From positions 29,512,001 through 29,576,000 of the forward strand of contig NC_087440.1 of assembly GCF_036321535.1 (NCBI RefSeq): a stretch of DNA of 64,000 nt, given 5' to 3'. Position numbers and translations under genes: made by a program. Below the pieces are notes generated by a model that was given only the letters and a program-made list of their open reading frames with translations, did no database searches and had not been told where the DNA came from. The stretch is from Camelus dromedarius. Its lineage: Eukaryota. Positions within the stretch are counted from its first letter, which is position 1. Every line of letters begins with the position of its first letter. Below are positions 12,361-24,384 of the stretch, in pieces.

Positions 12361-13480
12361 AAACAGAACTAAGCATGCTTCTCATTACAGTTTTAGGGAA
12401 CTGTAGGGAAGGGGTGCCTTGATAATAAGTAGAGAGGAAGGAAAAAAAAGTCCTTAAGTAGCTGGGGCTATGGAGAGACCCTCATAAGAAATCCAAAAAC
12501 AGTATCATAATGGATTTACCTTATGCACTAGAAACAAAGGTCTCACATTCTTTAAGTTGTCCCTTTTTTCTTCCTCACAAGAAAGAAGCGTATTTTGTAA
12601 ATGTTCTACATTTCTCTGGTGATTGATTATATGGCTTAGTTTTACAGAATAAAGGACAATTCATAATTAGCTTTGAGTTCAGGAGACACAGCCACATGCT
12701 CATTTCACACAACTACTTATTTTCCCTCGTTCCTCTCCCAAAGGCATCTAATCTAATCACAGAAGGTAAAGGCAGATGCTGGCCTGAGGGACTAGCCTGC
12801 CCAAAGGACTACTGAGTTGAGAAGCCATCTTTTTAAATACACAAGGAAACAAATCTTTGGAATTACTGACCAAAAATAGAGAATAGAGTCCTCCCCCAAA
12901 CTCCATTTTTAGATAAAATTTTTTATGTAGATGATACTTGAATCCTTTCTTCCAAATTAAAAATTGGTAACTCCTCCCAAAGTCTCATCTACGTCACCCT
13001 CCAGACATCTCCCCTGACGAGACGCTAGCAGTCACTGCAAAGTTAATTGTACAAAAGGGGGTTTGTTTCTCAGTGAAGGTTCTGGGAATCCACTTTTGAG
13101 ACTGAAGCTGAGAGAAAGGACTCAGTTCCTCCTGAGCATAGATCCCAGGTCTGCAGAAATCACATCTTGTCCCTATCCTTTTTTTCCCTCAAGAAATAAC
13201 CCTCATTTTGTTGTTGTTGTTCTTGATTTTCCTGGTAAAAGACCTGAGGGACAAAATCCAAATAGCTTCGGTTCCTGGGCAAAGCTGTGGTGTTTGTCAT
13301 TAACTGAAGTAAGTATAGATGAAACAGTTTTCTAAAACCTTAATTTTTCTAGCTTTTCCACAACTCCAAGTAAGTTGCAGTATGCTCTACTTTGAAAATA
13401 AAAGTTGAATTATTACTAGTAATTCATAGAAGATGATGTCAAACACAAGTAAAAGCACTGTTTCTCCAGTTCCATTTTAG

Positions 13481-13565
13481 GAGCTGTATCTGCACAGGTT
13501 TCAGAGAGACACAGAACTGAAGACAAAAGCTACAGGAAACAGTTACCATCCACTAGGAAGTCCAG
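13481..13565 (+). other. Predicted non-coding 5'UTR exon of the OR at 16002
   Basis: Acceptor tccattttag|g at 13480, donor cag|gtacgt at 13566, 85 bp with no ATG; further GTAAGT donors at 13309 and 13370. Confidence 0.4.
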
Positions 13566-14631
13566 GTACGTTAAGAAATATGGAAAAGCAGATTAATTTG
13601 GGGATGTTTCACAAATTTGTTTTAAAACTAAAAGAATACTAGCTGTTTTGTGTTCTACTTTTGCTTGCACGTTTATTTAATTGTCTAATTAGTGAGTAGC
13701 CAGAGCTGGAGTAGACACAGTAACGCTTTTATCTGATAAACTAGATTCTGTGGTATCACTGCAAGCTGAAAGAAGCAGACACAGAAAGAAAACTGGGCCA
13801 AGCCAGGGTAATGACTGGCAGGGAGAAATTTGGAGTTCTTCTGAAGGAAGTGTCAGACATAAATGTGATCAATACCAATACCAGAATGCTCCCCAGTAAA
13901 GGTGAAGTATTCCTTTACCTTAAGTAAGGAAATCAAATTAAACTACTGTAGGTCTTTCTTTTTCCAAGGTTGCTATATGTTTACTTCATTATATTGATCT
14001 CGTTGGAAACCAGATCATTAAATGTTTTGGAAGATCGTCAACTCAGTCTAGACCAGAATACCAACCCCTGTTTCTTCTTAAATGCCAAGTCAGTAGTCTC
14101 ACTGGCTGCTTCCTTCCATTATGTTTCCCTTTTTCCAAGGACTTCATGGAGTCTTTTTCTTCCAGTAATACCTTTAGAGAAATTTGAATTAAAGAATCAA
14201 GTGCCATAAGGGGACCATAAGAACAGAGAAAAGCAAAATTGCTCAAAGGAAACGTGGGTCCAAAAATGCTGTGTTACTGAGTGGTTTAGTCTTGAGTGCA
14301 AAGGAGAGTATCGGGGCTACATCTACCCACCCTGGGACCTTGGCCAAGGGTGTCTGCACAGCTTATGCATCTGGAGTGTGGCCTCAGTTGATGATTAGAG
14401 CACTTGGCGGCACAGGAAATCAAGTCGTTCTTGGAAAGCAAATTGGGCGGTCCCTTGCTTTTGTTCCCGAGTGTCTTCTCAGTACTTTCATGTGTCCTCT
14501 AAATATTCACATAGGTCATTTGAGGACATTTCCTTTTTCTTTGTGGACAACTGAGAAAAATGAAAAGGTTTCAAAAGGGGGCCAGCACATGTGTATTTCT
14601 GAGGTACCTGGGTCAACTTCAGAATCTCACA

Positions 14632-14743
14632 TAGGGTGACCGACTGTCCCTGTTTCCCGGAGTCTGAGGGTTTCCCAAATCACAAGACTTTCAGTGCTAA
14701 GACTGGGACAGTCCCAGGCAGACAGGCATATTTGGTTACTCTA
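14632..14743. mobile_element. MER96-like hAT-Tip100 MITE
   Basis: Terminal inverted repeats tagggtgacc/ggttactcta, internal gactttcagtgctaa..gggacagtccc, decayed 8-bp flanks atctcaca/gtcttata. Confidence 0.7.
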
Positions 14744-15102
14744 GTCTTATACCATATTCATCTACCATCTCCCCTTTTTGCCATGCCCTTGCTCTCATCT
14801 GTGCCCACCACCACCCTCCCAGCTTCAAGGTCCAATGAAATGGTTCTTTTCTTGCATATATGAAATGATTAAGGCTTCCGGGTAGAAGGTTAACTGAATT
14901 TAAAATTCAAATGGGGGCAGAAATAATGATTTAATCATTTATTAAGCAATTACAATGTACATATTGCTTAAAAGATAATGTACTAGATACTGAAAAAAAA
15001 ATTCAAAGATAATTAACACTTGGCCTCTATTCTCAGAGGTTACAGTTTAGTATATTAAGACATGCCAAAAAAGTGATACAAAGTGTAAAGTATAAATTCT
15101 TT

Positions 15103-15300
15103 TTTTATTTAAGTATAATCGGTTTACAATGTATTAATTTCTGATGTACAACATAATGATTCAGTTATACATATGTATTCCATTTTATATTCTTTCATTA
15201 TTGGCTATTACAGGGTACTAAATACAGTGCTGTACAGGAGGACCTTGCTGTTTATCTATTTTATATATAGTAGTTGGTATCCACAAATCCCAAACTCCCA
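15103..15300 (-). mobile_element. 5'-truncated L1 3' end
   Basis: L1 3'UTR wording; TSD-like gt[a/g]taaattcttt on both sides. Confidence 0.7.
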
Positions 15301-15379
15301 AGTGTAAATTCTTTAGTGTAGAAATACACTGTAGCTTTTAGAATGTTAATTCTCATTCCTTTTAGCTTAAAAAATAATG

Positions 15380-15957
15380 ATTCATTTCTTTAATGTTGAT
15401 CCAGAAAATATGTTGGCATGCCGATGAAGTGAACTGCACTGTGCTAGGCATTTGTAATATGGAAATGAAAAATACTACCTCTGAGTTCATGAAGCTCAGA
15501 ATGGTAAATAGAAAAGTGACCAGTTACAATAGGGCATATTATAAGTGTACACACATATACACTGGATGTTATGGCAAAACAAAGAATTAGTATATGATGG
15601 TGGAGTCCAGCAATACTTCATGAAAGAGGTAATTAGGGAACAGTGTAAACTGCAAATACAAATTATCCAGGCCAAAAAAAGAGTAAGTAAATAAATATGT
15701 AAGAAGATGGATAAAGAGAAAGGAAGAGATCCAGAAGGTATGGGCAAATAGAGAAGGAAAGAAGGAAGGAAGAAGGGAATGAAGGAGCAACAGAAATCTA
15801 AGAGAGAACACCATGTGATTCAGCAGAAATGCAACAATTCTTTTCTTCCTGGGATATAGGACTCAAGAGGACACAAGGAAAGAGATGAGATTAAATAAGT
15901 AGTTAAGGATCAGATTATGAAGGGCCTTGTATGTTATGCTCAGTTGTTTGGATTTAG
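15380..15957 (-). mobile_element. L2 remnant ending just before the OR11 acceptor
   Basis: gcactgtgctaggc, cagattatgaagggccttgtatgttatgct. Confidence 0.55.
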
Positions 15958-15974
15958 CTGCATAATGATAATGT

Positions 15975-15987
15975 TTCATTGCAGCAG
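15975..15987 (+). promoter_or_regulatory. Tandem (CAGCAG) splice acceptor of the 16002 coding exon
   Basis: ttcattgcag/cag just upstream of the ATG. Confidence 0.55.
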
Positions 15988-16001
15988 AGCTTACAGACTA
16001 A

Positions 16002-16988
16002 ATGAACATCTCTGGATCAGGATCCCATTCTGAATCAGTGAGTGAATTCATCCTTCTGGGCTTTCCCTGCAGCAGGGAAATCCAGGTCATCCTGTGTATG
16101 TTCTTCTCCATCATCTACCTTCTGACACTCGTGGGAAACGGAGCCATTATCTGTGCTGTGTGTTGGGACCAGCATCTCCACACCCCCATGTACATCCTGC
16201 TGGGGAATTTTGCCTTCCTGGAGATCTGGTATGTCAACTCCACTGTTCCAAACACACTGGTCAACTTCCTCTCAGAGACCAAGGCCATCTCTTTCACTGG
16301 TTGCTTCCTTCAATTATATTTTTTCTTTTCCATGGGCTCCACTGAGTGCTTCTTTCTCTCAGCAATGTCCTTTGATCGATACTTTGCCATCTGTCATCCT
16401 CTGCATTATGCCACAGTTATGACTGGACAGCGTTGTTTCAACCTAGTGATTTCCTGTTGGGTGTGCGGCTTTCTCTGGTATCTGGTGCCTGTTATTCTCA
16501 TCTCCCGACTGCCTTTTTGTGGCCCAAATGTGATTGACCACTTTGTATGTGACTCAGGCCCATTGCTGACCCTTTCATGTGTTCCTGCCCCCATGCCCAA
16601 ACTCACCAGCTACACACTAAGCTCCCTCATCATCCTCCTTAGCTTCCTTTTCATCCTCATCTCCTACGCTCTGGTTCTACTCGCTGTGCTTCGGTTGCCC
16701 TCGGCATCCAGTCGACATAAGGCCTTTTCAACCTGTGGGTCCCATTTGGCTGTAGTGCTGCTGTTCTACGGGACCATTATGGTGATGCACGTGAGCCCTG
16801 GGTCCAGCCACTCTGCCCTGATGCCAAAGATGATGACCTTGTTCTATGCAATGGTGACTCCACTCTTCAACCCTTTGATTTACTGTCTCAGGAATAAGGA
16901 TATGAAAAATGCTCTCTGGAAAGTTCTGGAAAAGTTTAAAATTTCTTTAAAAGTCTTTGGCAGCAGGCCCAGGAGGAATATGGAATAA
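16002..16988 (+). CDS. Olfactory receptor family 11, intact, 328 aa (OR11K-like by position; OR11G/H-related)
   Basis: LHTPMYILLGNF, FDRYFAIC, KAFSTCGSHL, PLFNPLIY; N-terminal NIS glycosylation site; acceptor ttcattgcag about 17 nt upstream of the ATG. Confidence 0.92.
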   Translation: MNISGSGSHSESVSEFILLGFPCSREIQVILCMFFSIIYLLTLVGNGAIICAVCWDQHLHTPMYILLGNFAFLEIWYVNSTVPNTLVNFLSETKAISFTGCFLQLYFFFSMGSTECFFLSAMSFDRYFAICHPLHYATVMTGQRCFNLVISCWVCGFLWYLVPVILISRLPFCGPNVIDHFVCDSGPLLTLSCVPAPMPKLTSYTLSSLIILLSFLFILISYALVLLAVLRLPSASSRHKAFSTCGSHLAVVLLFYGTIMVMHVSPGSSHSALMPKMMTLFYAMVTPLFNPLIYCLRNKDMKNALWKVLEKFKISLKVFGSRPRRNME

Positions 16989-17029
16989 TCTAGTGTAGTG
17001 TGATGTGGGTAAAATGACCATCCTTTTAC

Positions 17030-17290
17030 TTTCGCTCATTTGTATAGTCATTCATTCAATAAATAATAACTGAATGCGTGCTAGATACTGTGCTTAGCAC
17101 CAGATTATGAAAATAATTATTAAAATAAATCAGACGCAGTCTCTTCCCTCAAATAACACTCTACTCATGGAGACAGATGGGTAAGAAAATAATTACCATA
17201 AAATACAACTAAGTGTTCTAATCAATATATGTACAAGTTGTCACAGGAACACAAACTAAAAAAACAACAAATTTTGCCTGGGGTGGTGGG
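17030..17290 (-). mobile_element. L2 3' fragment
   Basis: tcattcattcaataaata..actgtgcttagcac..gtctcttccctc. Confidence 0.55.
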
Positions 17291-17449
17291 CAGTAGGAAT
17301 TAGTGTTAGGGACAACGTCAGTCAGCATCATATTAGACCTGTGTATTTTGTGATGGGTTAGGGGAGAGTGTCTTTTATTTCTGTTTAACTTCTAGCTAGA
17401 TTTCTTTTTCAGTCTTACTGTGATATCTTTGAAAGGATATGGAACTTTA

Positions 17450-17650
17450 AATTAGAAGGTCTGGATAGGAACTCAATTCTTCCATTTTAATCAACTATGT
17501 GAATTTGGCAGGTCACTTTATTTCAACTAAAATTGGAATGGTAATTATCACTCCCAGGGAACAATTAGTATGATGGTTTACTGAGATCATTGGTATAAAA
17601 GTTCCTAAAACACCTCTATTACATGGAAAGCATGAAATAAATATTACCTG
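17450..17650 (+). mobile_element. MIR
   Basis: actatgtgaatttggcaggtcac..aaaattggaatggtaat. Confidence 0.45.
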
Positions 17651-18293
17651 AATATGAATATGGATGTGAATTCTGTCTTCTTTTGTTCTTCATCAGAATC
17701 AAAAAAAAAAATCTCAGATCCCCCATGAAAGTCACCTCCTATAAATTTTGGTAAAGCCCTTTTACAACAGATCTACTACTCAACTTTTCTTGAGACAGAA
17801 TACATTATGTTTCCTCCATTTATATCCAAAATAAAGTTTAGTCTTGGTTTGGGGGGGTGTGTGTGCATGCATGCACAATATTCTAGAGAATTAGTCTTCA
17901 AAACGGGATCTTACATACCCCTGGGGATACACAAAGACTTTCCAATAGGTGCACAAACATGCATAGTTCAATTTCCAGATCCTCGACTTACATACATACA
18001 TTTTCCTAAAGATGCTGTCCCTAAGGGCATACCTGTTATTAAAGCTCAAATGGCCTTATTTCACACATCCTCTCTCACAACTGGTCTTCTCCCACTGCAA
18101 GTATAAAGTCTGCCTATTCTGACCTTAATATTTTATATTGTTTGGATAGATCAACTTCTAGTTGGGACATTGAATAATTTGAAATACTGATACCTCTCTA
18201 TTGTGAAAGTGAGTGAATTTAACTGTGAGGTAATAAATCCTTTTGTCACCGGTGGTTTACAATTATTTCTCTCAAACACAATTAAAAGAGGGT

Positions 18294-18680
18294 GTCTTGT
18301 TTTGGGTTGTCCCCAAAGAAGAAACAGACAAAGACTTGGGTGCAGGTAGTTTATTGGAAAGTGGTTTCAGGTAGCAGGAATGAGGAATAAGAAGCTACTA
18401 TAATCAATGAGAATTTGATTCCACTGGAACGTCTGAGAATTGCCCATTGGAATGGCATGGAGCTAAGGCATTTATCAACTAACGGTGGTTGCACTTGGAA
18501 ACACTGACTACTCACGTTTCCAAAATATGTTGGCTGGTGCACCAAACCAGTAAGTGCAACTTCAGAAAATGGCCTTGGGAAGAAAGCAGAAAGATACATG
18601 GACAGGGGAAGAGGTAGGAAGGATGCTGTCAAACTGATTCTGAGCTCCCAAGGGACTACCCACCACCTCTGCAACTAAGA
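18294..18680. mobile_element. Old ERVL-class LTR (LTR16/LTR33-like)
   Basis: tgtcttgttttgggttgtcccc..gacttgggtgcaggtagtttattgg; subfamily uncertain. Confidence 0.5.
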
Positions 18681-18756
18681 TCAGCAGAAGGCTCAAAAAC
18701 ATTCACTACAGAGTCTATTTAATTGTCTTGTTAGCAGATTACAAATAATTTTGTAG

Positions 18757-18965
18757 TTAAAAGGCAGCATGTGGTGGTGGTAAGAATCAGACTGCTTGAA
18801 TTCAAATGCTGGCTCCACCAACTGCATGACTTTAAATATGCCTCCCTTATCTCATATTTAAAGTGGCAGTACTAACAGAACTTTCTTCATAGTGCTAGTG
18901 CTGTTGAGGGGATAAAATGAATTAATCTGCTTATCAGAGAGTCTAGCAAAAAGTAAATACCAAAA
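18757..18965 (+). mobile_element. MIR
   Basis: cagactgcttgaattcaaatgctggctccacca..gtgctgttgaggggataaaatga. Confidence 0.55.
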
Positions 18966-19654
18966 TACCTCCATCATTATAATATTTCATGCATTGTTCA
19001 CAGGGAATTCATTCTGAGTATAGGTTTTAATTTGGAAGATAATTTTCCATCCAAAAGAAAACTGCCAACTACTAGATTGTAGCTGAAAACATGGGCAGTA
19101 GAATAAAGAGTTAACTAGTCAAAACACTCTACAATCAGATTAGACAAAGAAAGAGTATAGAGTATAGCAATAATGTAGACATTACTGAATCACAAAGCAG
19201 AGATGTCAGTGTGTTGAAGGAAAAGCAGGCTTTTTCAGCAACATGACTGACAAACTCTATCTTAACATGAGTTATGAGTGAATGCACATGCAAACACTGA
19301 ATTACCTATTAAAAAAAAAAAACCAATGTCCTATGTAAAGAACATAGGATATGCAGAAAATCATTAGTATAGTCAAGACATAGTAAAATAAAAAAATACA
19401 TGCAGCACAGAAAAAAGAATATTGCTATATGTTATTATCATAGCCACTTATTTCATGAGAAAGAACTAGAATTGGATATCAGATTTCCACTTTAAATAGT
19501 GTATTGTATAATACATTTAGTTTATTGAACATATATCTAAAATTGTATTTCTATTTCTTATTTTGATGTATAGGCTGGTCTTTCACAGCTAATCTGTTTT
19601 CTGTCTCTTTTTCAAACTCCTGATTAACCTCCCCACCTCACTTGTTGCTACAGA

Positions 19655-19846
19655 TCATTGATTCTCAACTAGGAGTATACCTCAAAATCAATGGGACCTT
19701 TTTTTTCAACTTACACAAGCCTGAACCCTGTCCCTGGAGATTTTAATGCAGAGGATGAAGGATGGGTCTCGAGCATGCTGATTTTATAAGAAAATCTCTG
19801 TAGATCTTACGGTCTTATGTGCACACACCCCAGTTGAGAACTGCAA
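19655..19846. mobile_element. MER5A-like hAT-Charlie
   Basis: Inverted ends gattctcaact / agttgagaact with a MER5-like interior. Confidence 0.55.
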
Positions 19847-20416
19847 TTTTTGATAGATAGCCAAGTGTACTTTACATGACTTTTGTGATCAAGATCTTGA
19901 TACACAGAACAACGAAACCAGGTAAGGAGCCTCCCTTAGAGAACACTGCCTAGCCAGGCTTATTTGAGTCTAGGTCTGCACTTCTTTTACATAATATTTA
20001 AACCTGAAAATTGAATAACAAAATGTTGCACACCCCACCCCAAGCCTAGAAGTGTGTAAGTCTGAGACTAAGGTAGAATGTATGTGTAATATGTAACATG
20101 TCAGAATAGGAAAAAGTCTATCTAAGCCACCCTTTTATTGGAGGAATTTCTAGTCTGTCTACTCTAGGAAACAAAATCTTGGAGGCCATTGTCAGAGTCC
20201 ATCTAAATTAGATTTCTGTCTGAAATAATTCTTTTAACATGAAAATTCAGTGTTGATTAAAAGACTAATTTGGAATTACTAAACCACCACCATAAATGTA
20301 CTACGTACTGTTTACCAAGCAGTTAGTTTAAGTAGAATTATAAATGCAAATTTTAAAATTATAAGTATAGTTCTAGAGTTAAGTGCTGACCCCTTCTCAT
20401 CAAGGAATTGGTGGAT

Positions 20417-20730
20417 GTGATTTTAAAAGGGATTGTTTCTTTACTTTCTTTTCCTGCTAATTCTATGTTAGTGTAACAAGTGCAACTGATTTCTGTATGT
20501 TACTCTTGTATCCTGCTACCTTGCCGAAGTCTTGTATCAGCTCCAGTAGTTTTTGTGTGACCCCTTGCGGATATATGATTTATACATACTTTCTCTCTTC
20601 TGTAGATTTTATTTACTTTCTTGATTGAATACTTTGACACACATGAGATTTTAGTTTTCATAAAGTCCATTTAATCTGTTTTTTCTTTTGTTAACTGTGC
20701 TTTTGTGTCATTTCAAAGAAACTATTGCCT
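20417..20730 (-). mobile_element. Two L1 ORF2-region fragments
   Basis: 20417-20575 aligns by eye with 53186-53340; the following piece resembles older L1. Confidence 0.6.
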
Positions 20731-21389
20731 ACAATAAATAAATAACTAAATAGTAAATAATAAATAGAACTTTGCTCTGGGAATGTACTATATATTTATA
20801 GGATTGTATCATCTGAATTTTTTTTTTTTTTTCATTCATAGCCTGGGGAAACTGAAGTCCTGAGGAGGAGGGTGGTATGAGATGTGACTAGCAGACACAG
20901 ATCACATTATGCAGGGCCCTTAGGTCTTGGAAAACATTCACATTTTTTATTAGATCCTAACAATAATGGATAGCCTTTGGGAGTTTTTATAGTATGTCTG
21001 TTTGTTATATGTAAAATGCTGTGTTTTACATAAATTATGAATTCTGTCCTTAATTTATCATGAGAATGAGGTGGTATTTTACAGAAAGTGGCTGAGAGAA
21101 GTTATGCTCCTTCTCAGAAATACTAACACCATCCACTGCCCTCTTTTCATGGGCCTGAGTTTTAAGTCCATGGGTTCTTCTCTAAGCTTCTAAGTTTTAA
21201 TCATGACAAACTCTTTCCTTAATTTCTCCAGCCCCAGAGCTGGTACTTTTTTCTTCAGTTGAATTTTTTTTTAAATAATCTCTCAGTGTTTTAGAATGAG
21301 CATTATTTTTAGTTCTTCAATACCTAGTTAACCATCTCTAAATGATACTATTGTATTAAAAGAACTGGTATAGTTCTTGTCTCCTAATT

Positions 21390-24008
21390 TAGAAACTGAT
21401 AACAAGAAATTGGTCCCAGGAAACAGACCCTCAAATACATGGCTTTGAAATTAGCTCGGTCTTGTCTTTGGGAGTGACCTCAGTGCTGAGCTCCCTGCCG
21501 ATGTGAAATAGGATGCTAGTCACCCCACTGCAGGCAAGCAGTGGCATCATGACTGTCATGTTGATTATATTAAAGTGCCAACTGGAGCAAGGGACTATTG
21601 CGTCTGACCAGTTTGTTACTGATGATAAATACAGGGAATGTGGCATGTGGTAGATTCTTCTGAATGGTTACAGAAAGAAAGGACAAGCTCAGATTTTTAA
21701 ATGTTCATTTCAAGTTATAGTCTGAGAACCAGAAAAATTCTATGGCAGCTCTTAAATAATATCTTGTTTATTGTAGTTACAGACATAATCTTGCTGAAAT
21801 CAGTCACAAAAGTTAATTTTGTAGGTTGCAGAATTTTAATTTAATTTGTGAAGTTTGTGAAATTAAGGCTATTGCTTAGTAAGGAATGGGAATTACAGGG
21901 AATTAAATATGCACACAGTCTTCCAAACTTCCAGAGACGTGTGCATTTTTTTTTTTTTAATGCTGGTTTTCTAGGAGTTGCCCTTGGATCAAATTAGCCT
22001 ATTTTTCAGGCAGTATTTGTTCAAAGGTGTGATTATATCCCTAAGGGTACAATGGTTAGTGTTCTAGTGGGCTCTTGTAGTTATTAAATACCAAAACTTG
22101 GGCCTCAGTGATTGTGTGATCTAAGCTACCCATCTGCTGGGTCACAACCTCCTCAGAGCTTTCCGAGCATAACCAAACTATCCCCTATACTCATGGAGGA
22201 AGGGAGAGAAGAAAGAGGCAGACCCCTCTTGGTTAGTAGCTGCAGGTTTAATAAGCAAAGGATCTGACTCCCCAGGGCTTGTCTTGGGTGGCTGTAAGAA
22301 GAATAGATTTCTGCACCCACCCCACCAAATCATAAAAGTTTACGTAGGGACCTTAGCGGGGCTCAGACATGCACTAAGTCCAGGTGATCTCAAGACCACA
22401 CTACTACACGCAAGGCTGTGTCCTTGGGACAGCTTACAGCGCAGGGCAGGCAAGTGGAACGCAGTCCAAGGACAGGGGAGGGAAAAAATAGCCTCCGATT
22501 GCCTTGTTCCAGTTTGGGGGTCAAACTGGTGTTCACTTCTTCCTAATGACCTCCCTCAACACCATCATGAAGTGGATGCTGTCTCATTCTTCAAGCCATT
22601 AAATGGAGATGCAGAAACTGCATTATATCATCAAGGGAAATGGTACACAGAAGATCAGGCTTAGCAGGTCCAGCAGCTTAAGAACATTGAATTAGCTTAT
22701 GACTCAGTTCCTTCAACAGCTTCTACTGTCCAATTGCCTCCTATCCCTCAGTGTACATACATAGAGAATTCTGTATAACCAGTGGATTAAAATTTTTCAG
22801 TTTGGGCCGATTTTACAGCTGGTTTTGTATGATATGTTGGTAAAAACTAGAAGAGAAAGTCTGCAGCTGTACAGCCCCAGTTTAGTGAAGTATTATGGTT
22901 AAATATTACTTATGGTTAGTACTATGATTATGGCCATGAAAAACAGTGATGAGGAGAAATTCTCCCTTTGGGAAGAAATGCAAGCAGTGCATGCAGTTGT
23001 CCGCTTTGTTTGGCTAGAAGCATCGATGTATATTCATTCATGAAAAGTTACTAGTGGTTTGGTTAGATAGTCAGGGCTTAGAGTAAATAGAATGGAAGTC
23101 TGGTGGTAAGAATTCCTGGGGAAGAATTCTGGGAATAGATCTCTCAAAATGGGCACAGATTATGAAAATATATGTGACCTATGTGAATGCTCACCACAGG
23201 GTATCCACTACAGAGGAAGCTTTAGAAATCAGGTAGGCAAATGACAAGTTCTGCGCATGCTAACCTTTTTTTTTTTTTTTTTTTTTTGAGCCACCCTCAG
23301 TGCTTGCTTAATGGGCTTCTGTACAAAATGACCAAGGTCAGAGATCATGTTTTTTTAAATAACAAGGAATTCCTCACAAAAGTTCTGTTTATCAGTATTC
23401 ACAAGCCCCTTTAAGGCTGAGCCACTAACATGGCACAGTTTACTGTGGGGATCAGCCAGTCACCTGGAGGCAGGTCAACTATACTGAGACCACCCCATCA
23501 TGGAGGAAGTAGAATTTTGACTTCACTAGAATAAACATGTATTCTGGAATGCATTTTTTCCCTAACTATAATACTTCAGCTTGCACTACCATCCATATAG
23601 TTAAGAAACACTTTACCACAATCATGTATTCTGCACAACATTGCATTTGATCAAGAAATTTAACAGTAAAACAAATGTAGCAATGGGCTTATGACCGTGG
23701 AATTTACTGATCTTAACATATACTTGATCACCCATAAACAGCTGGTCTAATAGAATGGTGGAATGGCAAACTGAAGACTCCTTCATGGGTCTTTTGGGAG
23801 ATGAGATCTTCATTCTCTGATTGTGGAATCAAGATGCAGAAGTGGCACTAGATCCTCGCACCATTATACCTAATAACCCACTCACCAAAGTTTTGCTTCC
23901 CACCCCTACCATTTTGAGCTCTGCTGGGTCAGAAGGGATGCTTCCACCAGAGCAGAAAATATTTTCATTAAATTGGAAATTATGAATTATGACTGGCTAT
24001 GTGAGCTT
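21390..24008 (+). mobile_element. Decayed ERVL (class III) internal sequence: gag, RNase H/integrase and dUTPase-like remnants
   Basis: gtgaatgctcaccacaggg, ggggatcagccagtcacctggaggcagg, ttgatcaagaaa, gaatggtggaatggc, gggatgcttccaccag match ERVL pol tracts; no ORF survives. Confidence 0.75.
22113..22535 (-). mobile_element. Probable solo LTR nested in the ERVL remnant
   Basis: GC-richer block interrupting ERVL similarity, with a minus-strand ATTAAA; boundaries approximate and no clear TSD. Confidence 0.45.
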
Positions 24009-24184
24009 GGCTAGAGAATGTGTATAACTACAGCTCTTCTAGATTAGTATCTGTGAGGATGGTAGAAACTGGTGAGAATTAAGGGGAATTTGCCTTGCTG
24101 ATAAATGTGTAAGTGACTAAAATGTTTGAGTTGAGAGCATGGAATACTTGGATTTTGTTGTGGCAAATTATATTACAAGGCAAT

Positions 24185-24384
24185 ATAAGTGATTTACCTG
24201 ATTTCTTTAAGAAATTCTTCTTTCTTTACATTCTTTCTCTATGCTTCTGAGTTCTCAGTATAAGGGGAGGGGAAACTACTGCTCAGGAGGAGGTAATGAT
24301 TTTCCTTGTTCACCTGCTCTCCTTGGCACCATCCTTGACATTTCAAAGGATAAAAAAGCTGCAACACCCCAAAAGTAAAACAAA
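24185..24384 (+). repeat. Left arm of an inverted repeat pair (partner 28125-28318)
   Basis: Reverse complement aligns by hand at about 90% identity to 28125-28318. Confidence 0.9.
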
